From positions 83,810 through 147,809 of the forward strand of contig JAJZWS010000001.1 in the NCBI GenBank assembly GCA_021846565.1: a DNA stretch of 64,000 nucleotides, read 5' to 3'. This DNA comes from Bacillota bacterium. Its GTDB lineage: Bacteria > Bacillota > Sulfobacillia > Sulfobacillales > JAIMBI01. Position 1 is the first letter of the stretch, and every line of letters begins with the position of its first letter. Made by a program: the position numbers and the translations under genes. Under the pieces are notes generated by a model. The model had not been told where the DNA came from. It made no database searches and saw nothing but the letters and a program-made list of their open reading frames with translations. Shown here in pieces: positions 56,866 through 64,000 of this stretch.

Positions 56866-59318
56866 GGCAGTCCTCCTCGCCACAGGTGGTCCGGGTCAAA
56901 GACGTCCCGGACACGCCGGGCCAGCTGCTCGGCAACCGGGTCGGCAGGGACAGCCGGCCGCTCCAGACCCGTCCCGGGCCCGAGCCACACACCTCCGAGC
57001 GGCCACCACAGGTCCCACCCCCGTGCGGTGGGTGGCCCACTGGCACGGCCGGAGCGGTGGAACCGGCCCCCATGGTGCATCCGTTCCGCCAGTAGCGAGG
57101 CCAGGACCGCGCGGGGGTCATCCACGGACGCACCCCAGGTGGAGCCCGGGTCAGCGACCCAGGCCGTCAACAGCTGGCCAGGCCGCGCCACCACCGCCTC
57201 AGGACGGTTGGGCTGCTGGAGGCTCGCCCACGCCGCCCCGGCCAGCGCCGAGGGCTCGGTGGCCAACGCCCTCCATAGTAGCGGCTGGCGCGGGATGAGG
57301 CGCAGGGTGACGGTCGTAAGCACGCCCAGGCGGCCAAAGCTCCCCACCAGCAGTTTCGTCAGGTCATAGCCGGCGACATTTTTGAGCACGGGCCGCCCGA
57401 ACCGGAGAGCGCGGGCGGTACCGTCCACGAGCTCCACCCCCAGCACCTGCTGCCGGACCGGGCCCGGCCCTGCCTCGCGCCAGGCGGGCAGCGCCCCGGC
57501 CACTAGGCCGCCCACAGTCTCCTCGGGATCAATCGGGTCCACGGCCCACTCCAGACCATGGGGAAAGAGGAGGCGGTCCAGCTCGCGGAATGACAGCCCA
57601 CTTGCGACAGTAGCGGTTAGATTGTCCGGGTCGATGGATTGAATGCCTGTCCAGGTGCGCGTGGAGAGCGGAAGCGCACCAGAGTCCACGGCGGACCGGA
57701 TCGCGCGGCCGGTGATCTGCACGACCGCGCCCATCTGGTGCGCCTGCTGCAGCACCGCGCAGGCCTCATCGCGCCAAGCCTGGTCAGGGCCGCACCGTCG
57801 GGTGCGCTCGGGAACGGCAGCCAGGCCGGGGCCGGTCCAAATGGCCTTGCCGGGATTGAGACGCAGGTCTGGGTCAAACGCCCGCTTGATCCCAAGCATG
57901 GCGCCAAGCTCGCTTGGTCCATACATGAGGGGCAGGTGTTCCAGCTTGTCGATCCCGACGCCGTGCTCCCCGGTAATCGACCCATCGCGGTTGGCGGCGG
58001 CGGCCAATATCTCACGGTCGGCACCGCCCAGTCGGGTCATCTCGTCGGGGTCGGAGGGATCGTAAGCGATCGTGGGATGCAGGTTGCCGTCTCCGGCGTG
58101 CGCGACCGTGAGGACGGTCAGCCGCCAGCGCGCCGCGATGGCCAGCACGTCGTCCATCATGGCGGCCAGCTGGGGCCGTGGCACCGTGACGTCCTGCACA
58201 AAGACACGCGCGCTCACCTGCGCCAGAGCCCCGTAGGCCGCACGCCGGCCCAGCCAGAGGCGCTCCGCCGCGGCGGGGCTGTCGGCGGTCTGAAACGTGA
58301 GGCGGGCGTCGGCGCGCGTGACCGTGTCCAGTGCCGCCAGTGCGGCGGCGCGCTCGGCGGGCAAACCATCCAGGTCCACCAGCAGCACCGCACCGGCGTC
58401 GGTAGGGTAGCCCGCGGCGGCAAAGCGCTCGACCAGTTCAATGCTGGGACGATCCAGCAGTTCCAGCGCCGCGGGGTTCAGGCGAGCCGCCACTACGCGG
58501 GCCACCGCCTCGCAGGCGGCCGCTACGCTGGCAAAGGCCAACAGCGCGGTCGTGGTGCCGGCTGGCGCCGTCCGGACGTTTACAGTGGCCTCGGTAGCCA
58601 CCATCAAGGTGCCTTCCGAGCCAGTGACGACCCCCACCAGGTCCCAATCGCCGGGGAGCGCGGGGCGGAGCAACTGCACCGGCGTGCCGTCCACCAAAAA
58701 TCCGCGGACGGCCAGCACGTGGCTTTCGGTAACGCCGTAACGGAGGGCATGCGGCCCTCCCGAATTTTCCTGGATGTTTCCCCCGAGGGTCGAGATGCGG
58801 TGGCTGGACGGGTCAGGGGGGTAAAACAGACCGTTCCGGGCTAACTCCCGCTGGAGCGCGGCGTTGACCCAACCCACACCGACGTCCGCCTGGAGATGCT
58901 CGGCGTCCACGTGCCCAGGGTCTGTGAGCCGCTGCAGCGCCACTACCACGCCGCCAAACAGAGGCAGCGTTCCGCCTGAGAGATTGGTCCCGGCACCCCG
59001 CGCCATGACGGGCACGTTGGCCCGCGCGGCGGCCGCAAGCACGGGGCCCACGTCATCGGCGTGGGTGGGCACCACCACCAGGTGAGGGGGCCGGCGTTCC
59101 CCGGTGGCGTCGTAGCTGTATGCGAGTCGGCTGACCCCGTCTGCCAGCACTTGGCCCCGAGGGAGTATGTGTGTCAGTTGCTCGCCCAGCTGCGCCCATC
59201 GAGCGGGCGGCACGTCCGCCGGGACGGCAGCCATGTCCGCCAGGTGTGGCCGGGTCACCTGGCCGTGCCAGGAAGATGCCGGGGCCGGCGTCCCCGACCG
59301 CTGAGGCGCCTCGGCCAT
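56862..59318 (-). CDS. fused FAD-linked oxidase: GlcD-like N-terminal half plus GlcE-like C-terminal half
   Basis: ATG 59318 lies 7 nt after AAGGAGG. The N-half carries the FAD-binding PCMH motifs (ARGAGTNLSGG) and a GlcD-type C-terminus (GEHGVG..K). After about 57.8 kb a second FAD_binding_4-like domain appears (LKNVAGYDLTKLLVGSFGRLGV). Confidence 0.85.
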   Translation of the reverse strand: MAEAPQRSGTPAPASSWHGQVTRPHLADMAAVPADVPPARWAQLGEQLTHILPRGQVLADGVSRLAYSYDATGERRPPHLVVVPTHADDVGPVLAAAARANVPVMARGAGTNLSGGTLPLFGGVVVALQRLTDPGHVDAEHLQADVGVGWVNAALQRELARNGLFYPPDPSSHRISTLGGNIQENSGGPHALRYGVTESHVLAVRGFLVDGTPVQLLRPALPGDWDLVGVVTGSEGTLMVATEATVNVRTAPAGTTTALLAFASVAAACEAVARVVAARLNPAALELLDRPSIELVERFAAAGYPTDAGAVLLVDLDGLPAERAAALAALDTVTRADARLTFQTADSPAAAERLWLGRRAAYGALAQVSARVFVQDVTVPRPQLAAMMDDVLAIAARWRLTVLTVAHAGDGNLHPTIAYDPSDPDEMTRLGGADREILAAAANRDGSITGEHGVGIDKLEHLPLMYGPSELGAMLGIKRAFDPDLRLNPGKAIWTGPGLAAVPERTRRCGPDQAWRDEACAVLQQAHQMGAVVQITGRAIRSAVDSGALPLSTRTWTGIQSIDPDNLTATVASGLSFRELDRLLFPHGLEWAVDPIDPEETVGGLVAGALPAWREAGPGPVRQQVLGVELVDGTARALRFGRPVLKNVAGYDLTKLLVGSFGRLGVLTTVTLRLIPRQPLLWRALATEPSALAGAAWASLQQPNRPEAVVARPGQLLTAWVADPGSTWGASVDDPRAVLASLLAERMHHGGRFHRSGRASGPPTARGWDLWWPLGGVWLGPGTGLERPAVPADPVAEQLARRVRDVFDPDHLWRGGLP

Positions 59319-60433
59319 GGCGACACCTCCTTGGCTGCAGTGTACCATCGGGCGCGACGGGAAGGAGACCGGCACCGTTTGGTAGAGCGGCTAGCGGGCG
59401 CGGCGGACCAGGCGCAACTCCCGGTTCATGGGTTCGAACCACACCCCGGACTGCCGGTCGCAGGCCGCCGGGTGGTCGGACTCCCCACGCCCGCGACCAG
59501 CATTGTCTTCGCCTCCCCGCCGCGGGCCTGGCACAGGCCGGGCCACAGGCCACCTGCCCCAGGCCCTGCCGGCGATCGGCCGGATGGGTTCCCACCGGTT
59601 CAAAGTCCGCGGTGCCGAGCACGGGACCGCACCAGCGCCTGGCGGTGGCCGCGAGCGTGCCGTGGGGCCGCGATCGGTACATGCCGGTCGTCGTGATAGG
59701 CGCGTTGGCCTGACACCACAGGCCTCGCGCCTCAGGTCGCAATGCCTGCGGCCATCCTCTCGATTGGGCATGCCGGAGCCGCCGTGCCGCGACCCGGCAT
59801 GCGCCCTGTTGGGACCAGCGCCGGCCTGCCACCAGTCAGCGGCCGCCCTCACGATCTGCGTGACAGTATCTGCAAGCGCCGTCCTGCCAGATGGAGTTGC
59901 TGAACACCGCGCGCTCGGGCCGCGGCGCAGCGAGACGGCTCCCCCCACCCGATGGGCTGGAGGTTAGTCCCAGTGGTTCCCCAACCCAGCAGGGACCGGC
60001 GTTCCCTGCGCTGCGACGGTGCCACACGCTGCGGACACTTGCCCGCAGCGGGGCGAGAACATTCCGGATCGCGGCGCGGGTCCAGAGTGGCCGGCCGCGT
60101 TTCCCAGTAGCCCCTACGGGCCGCCGGGGGGGGTGTGGGTTGCTCTGGGGGCCGGTGTGGGCGCCGAGCGCGGAAGCGCTCGAGCGATGGCGCGGGCGGG
60201 GTGGCTCCGTCGCCTGGCCCCGGGCAGCCCAGTGCCGACAGGCTGCGCCGGCATCGGGACGCCGGGTCGCGTGCGGCCTGGCAGGCCGATGTCCGCGGCT
60301 TGGTGCGGCAGCGGCCGGATGGCAGGGCGCAGAGCAATGCCGAGTGGCGGGCCGGGCAGCACCTGTTGTGGCCGCTGACCCTGGCGTTCCCTTATCAGAT
60401 CGCCGAGATCGAGCGGCTGGTCGTAGAAGCCGA

Positions 60434-60985
60434 GTGGTGCACGCCGAGGATCTGCAGGCGAGGCAGAGCGATGGCGGGGACGCGGTGGTTCAGTTGACCA
60501 ACGAGCGGCTCACCCTCTGGCAGGACGGGCAAGCCTGGCGTCAGATCACCACGCTGGTGCTCCGCCGCGCGATCCGGACCGCGACCCTGGGGCGCTGCGC
60601 TCTCCCCGAGCTGACCTGGACCCCTGCGCGGGGGCGAGTCGCGGTGACCACCTTCTTGGGGCACTGGGGTGGGCACACGCCGGCGCGTGTCGACCGTGAG
60701 TGGGTTGCAACTCGGGGCGGTGACCTGGTGGCGTGGCGGCGCTACTGCCAGCGCGTCGGGCGCCTCGCATGTGTGCCCCTTGAGACGGCGCGTCACCCGG
60801 TGGCGCGCGTGGGGACGGACTGGACCCCGCGGTTCACACGGGGACCGGACGCCGTCCGGTTCCGGGCGACATCTCTCCCCACGCGGCGGCGGCGACAGTG
60901 CCGAATGGCGGCAACCGCGCGGCCCGCAATGCGTTCCGGCGGCCCGCTCACTGCCCCACGGAGGAGTTTCTGGAATGCCGTCTAG
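60434..60985 (+). CDS. hypothetical Trp/Arg-rich protein
   Basis: The 3-prime 550 nt of the 59891..60985 ORF has about 80 percent G/C at third positions on manual count. GTG 60434 is a tentative start. No motif. Confidence 0.3.
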   Translation: MVHAEDLQARQSDGGDAVVQLTNERLTLWQDGQAWRQITTLVLRRAIRTATLGRCALPELTWTPARGRVAVTTFLGHWGGHTPARVDREWVATRGGDLVAWRRYCQRVGRLACVPLETARHPVARVGTDWTPRFTRGPDAVRFRATSLPTRRRRQCRMAATARPAMRSGGPLTAPRRSFWNAV

Positions 60986-61058
60986 GAAATTGACAATCGC
61001 AGGATGCGAGCGCAACAATAGCGGCGCAAGTTCGTGGCCCGCCGATAGCGAGGGGAAC

Positions 61059-62240
61059 ATGGAGATACTCCAGCGCCTCTGGGTTGCGTGGCAGCCGATC
61101 GTGGATCTCGCGGACGGTACCCTTGTGGGCCATGAGGCCCTCATCCGTGGTCCGATCGGCTCGGCGCTGGCGTTGCCTGCGGATCTGTTTGCCTGGGGGG
61201 AGCGCACAGGGCGAGCCCGACAGCTGGAGGAGGCCTGCCGCCAGCATGTGTTCGCGGCGTCTCAGGAGTGCTGGCCATCGGACAAGCCTCGCTTGTTTTT
61301 GAACGTGGATGGGCAGTGGCCGGTACTGTCGGACGAGTGGGAGCATCCGGTTCCGGACGCGATTCCGCTGGCAATCGAGGTGTCCGAGCACCGATCCGCG
61401 TTGGACAACCCTGCCTTACTGGCCGCCTTGGTCCGCTGGCGGCAGGCAGGACACCTCATTGTGATCGACGACTACGGGACGGGCTATGCGGCCGCCGCCA
61501 CGGTGCTGGCGGTTCAGCCGGACATTTTGAAACTGGACCGTCAGCTGATTGCGTTCATTGACGAGGATGTCCGCAAGCAGTCTTTGGTCCGCGCACTGCG
61601 CACATGGACGCATGACCTCGGCATTCGCTTGGTGGCAGAAGGAATCGAGACGGAGGAGGAATTGGCGGCCCTGACGGACTTGGGTTGCGACTACGGACAA
61701 GGATTCCTCCTGGGACGGCCAAATGCCTTGATGGTGGAGGGGTCCCCCGTGGATTCCCAGCGGCGTCGCGCTCGCGTCGCCGCCGCGGAGTCGCTTGGGG
61801 TGGACCCAACCTTGGTCCTGTACGCCCAGTCTATCGCTGGGTCGCCGATTGCGAGCTACGTCGTCGACCGGCGGCGCCGCATGGTGGCCTGGAACGAGGC
61901 TGCGGCATCTCTGCTGGGGTATGAACCTGTCGAACTGGTCAACCAGCGATGCTTTCAGAGTCCGCTGGATCACCGAAACCAAGAGGGGCAGCGGCTGTGT
62001 ACGGCCGTGTGCCCGTTGGTGCACTCCATGGCCATGAAGCGCGCACACGCGGCGGTGACCAGCATTCAGCGAGCCGACGGGCAGCGGCAGCTGGTGCAGG
62101 TGTGGGTGACTCCGCTTTTTGGTGCACCCGAGGGTCGTGTGGTGGGCGCCTTGGAGCAATTCGAGCCGGTGGCGCACTGGCCGTCCGCTTTCAACCGCCC
62201 GGGCAACGAAATTCGACTCGAAGCGCGGGTGGGGGTGTAA
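61059..62240 (+). CDS. EAL-domain c-di-GMP phosphodiesterase with C-terminal PAS-like domain
   Basis: QPIVDL..G...GHEALIRG, EVSE, DDYGTGYA, KLDR and AEGIETEEE...L...G.DYGQGFL are EAL motifs. A PAS-like region follows (VVDRRRRMVAWNEAAASLLGYEP). Confidence 0.85.
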   Translation: MEILQRLWVAWQPIVDLADGTLVGHEALIRGPIGSALALPADLFAWGERTGRARQLEEACRQHVFAASQECWPSDKPRLFLNVDGQWPVLSDEWEHPVPDAIPLAIEVSEHRSALDNPALLAALVRWRQAGHLIVIDDYGTGYAAAATVLAVQPDILKLDRQLIAFIDEDVRKQSLVRALRTWTHDLGIRLVAEGIETEEELAALTDLGCDYGQGFLLGRPNALMVEGSPVDSQRRRARVAAAESLGVDPTLVLYAQSIAGSPIASYVVDRRRRMVAWNEAAASLLGYEPVELVNQRCFQSPLDHRNQEGQRLCTAVCPLVHSMAMKRAHAAVTSIQRADGQRQLVQVWVTPLFGAPEGRVVGALEQFEPVAHWPSAFNRPGNEIRLEARVGV

Positions 62241-62438
62241 ATGGGCCGGGGTGGGCTTGGCCGGCGAGAGCGCCTGCCAGAGCCCATGGTGTGACCGGGA
62301 CTCGGGATGGCGGTTGGGGTGTTGCGAGCCGACAGCCATCGGGGAACGCGGGGCACTGTTCAGGGGCCCCTGCTTTCGCATTCCGATGTCGCCAACATCC
62401 ACGTGCTGTGGTGGGAAGTGTGAGGAAATGTGGCAGTG

Positions 62439-64000
62439 ATGCATGGACCGAAGTGGATCCGCGCTGGCGGAGCCATCTCTATGAACCGTCTGCTGGACGT
62501 CTTTTGGATTTTGGGGGCAAGCGTCTTGTTGCTGGGGTTGGGCGCTCTGTGGCTGGCGCAGCACCAAGAGGCCCGCCTCCTGAATCATACGGTCCCCTAT
62601 GGATTCGCGGTGTCCGACCTGCGCACGGACCTGTACGCATACGATGGCGCACTGAACATGTACGCAGGCCTGCCGCCGGGCCCAGCCCTCCAGCACGAGA
62701 CGCTCGCGACGATCCAACAAGAACAGCGCAACATAAGCCAAGACCTGGCTGCGGTGCTTCGGACGGCACCCGCGCCCGCACTGCATGAGCAGGCGGTGGC
62801 CGTGGCCCGGAACTGGGGTGCGTACCAAAATGAGGCGGCCACCGTGCTGCATCTCCTGGCCCTCGGGCAGATGGCGCGGGCGCAGCACGCGCAGTATGTG
62901 GGCAATGTCGGTGTGACCGACGCTCTCTTCGCGGCGAGCCGCCAGTTGGATCTGGGAGACGTGCAGTATACGGACACCCTGATTCGTGCCGAACAGGCAG
63001 GAGGGGCGGATCTCCTGGCCGCCATGATGGGAGTCACTCTCATCATTGGGGCTGCGGCGCTGGCCCTGCGCGCACGCGTGCACCGGGGTGTGGCGGGGCT
63101 GGCCGGTGCGCTCGGGCAGCTGACAGAAGGCAGGCTATCCATCACACCGTCCACACCGTCCCCACCGCTCGCGGAGTTTCGGCTGCTGGAGCAGGCGGTC
63201 AGGCACGTGAATGAGGAGATTCAGGCCGCCCTCTCGGAGCGGGACCGCGTGATTGCGGCCCAAGAAGACACCATCGAGGAGCGAACGGCAGAGACGGTGC
63301 GCTACGGGAGGGCGCTGGAGCAGGTGCTGGCCATCACGGAGCGGGGGATGCGCGACTGGTTGGCCTTGCCAGCCACCGAAGAAGTGCTCCGCGAATTGGC
63401 GACGGTGCTGGGCGCGGACGGGGTCAGTGTGTGGGTCCCGGATCCCTGGCGAGAAACGATGCGTGTGGGTCGTCTGCCCTGGGCGGCCGGGGATCCCCTG
63501 CCGCTGGGTCTGCAAGGAGGCGGGGTGGCCACGTCTCGATTCCCGGGGGAGCATTCGGTCGCCCGGTCTCTGGAGAACGTGCTGGCGCTGCCTTGGCGAA
63601 CCTACGAGTCCGGTCGGCAGCTGCTGGTATTGGCGAGGCCGGCTGACGTGGCATGGACACCGAGCGACCGACGGCTCGCGACCGTTGCAAGCACGCAGGT
63701 GCAAATGATGATCAACAATCTAGAGCTATTCAGAGACATTCGTTATCGAGCTGTCACGGACCCTCTAACGGGATTGTTCAATAGGTGGCAATTATGGGAG
63801 GATATGAATTCGTATTCACAAGGAACCGCCAGAGGGATCCTGCTCGTTGATCTGGACTACCTCAAACGGCTCAACGACGCACGGGGCCATGCGGCGGGTG
63901 ACCGGGCACTGTGCCAGGTGAGCGACGCGTTGCGGGCGGCGGTGGGCGATGCCGGTCGGGTTTACCGCATCGGAGGCGATGAATTTGCCGTGATTGTGCC
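62439..64000 (+). CDS. sensor diguanylate cyclase (periplasmic 4-helix sensor, HAMP-like, GAF-like, GGDEF), 3-prime partial
   Basis: An open frame runs to the window edge, so it is absent from the ORF track. Two TM segments are present. DPLTGLFNR...LLVDLDYLKRLNDARGHAAGD...YRIGGDEFAVIV are GGDEF motifs. The start is 62439 or 62481. Confidence 0.85.
   Translation, partial: MHGPKWIRAGGAISMNRLLDVFWILGASVLLLGLGALWLAQHQEARLLNHTVPYGFAVSDLRTDLYAYDGALNMYAGLPPGPALQHETLATIQQEQRNISQDLAAVLRTAPAPALHEQAVAVARNWGAYQNEAATVLHLLALGQMARAQHAQYVGNVGVTDALFAASRQLDLGDVQYTDTLIRAEQAGGADLLAAMMGVTLIIGAAALALRARVHRGVAGLAGALGQLTEGRLSITPSTPSPPLAEFRLLEQAVRHVNEEIQAALSERDRVIAAQEDTIEERTAETVRYGRALEQVLAITERGMRDWLALPATEEVLRELATVLGADGVSVWVPDPWRETMRVGRLPWAAGDPLPLGLQGGGVATSRFPGEHSVARSLENVLALPWRTYESGRQLLVLARPADVAWTPSDRRLATVASTQVQMMINNLELFRDIRYRAVTDPLTGLFNRWQLWEDMNSYSQGTARGILLVDLDYLKRLNDARGHAAGDRALCQVSDALRAAVGDAGRVYRIGGDEFAVIV

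Noticed and set aside
61416-63083. 555-aa minus-strand ORF
   Set aside because: It is antisense to the EAL and GGDEF genes, which carry complete catalytic motifs.

Overview
The window is G+C-rich (roughly two-thirds by eye, not computed) and comes from an endospore-forming Bacillota-type chromosome. The core, about 16.3-44.1 kb, is a conserved and almost entirely co-directional backbone. It runs mraZ-rsmH-ftsL-PBP2B-murE-murF-mraY-ftsW-murG-murB-murA-DUF881-sbp-ftsA-ftsZ, then spoIIGA-sigE-(decayed thioredoxin-like gene)-sigG. It continues ylmC-pgeF-yggS-sepF-yggT-divIVA-DUF4396 and ends with a T-box(Ile)-ileS-lspA-rluD unit. The left flank (0-16 kb) holds an aldehyde dehydrogenase start, a decayed TnpB-like IS remnant carrying a perfect 6 x 14-bp tandem repeat, and a GNAT remnant. 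It also holds housekeeping or accessory enzymes: an orphan CoxL/XDH-type Mo subunit, an MFS+MarR pair, HAD, thioesterase, amidase, a membrane-fused Mo oxidoreductase, Zn-ADH and malic enzyme. A tRNA-Ala(CGC) closes that flank. The right part begins with an 8.5-kb variable region (44.2-52.6 kb). It contains a thioredoxin-like [2Fe-2S] protein, orphan membrane and lipoprotein genes, and two long unexplained non-coding gaps. It also contains an orphan Flp/TadE/TadG-like pilin cassette without secretion machinery and a dense toxin-antitoxin/defence islet. The islet comprises a frameshifted vapBC, an NTase-HEPN pair, a second NTase two-gene module and an Mrr-like nuclease domain. After that come ggt, an extended lgt, a fused glcD-glcE plus glcF, a decayed stretch, and an EAL-PAS / sensor-GGDEF pair that runs off the right edge. 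I found no rRNA, no CRISPR array and no intact transposase or integrase. I cannot point to one unambiguous novel multi-gene system. The best candidates for follow-up are the tandem repeat and hairpin in the omega-RNA position of the TnpB remnant, and the orphan Flp cassette with its flanking 0.56- and 0.8-kb non-coding gaps. The NTase/HEPN/Mrr-like islet is a further candidate. All family assignments rest on motifs read by eye from the translations, with no database search. Many long ORFs in the track are antisense shadows typical of high-GC DNA and were discarded.
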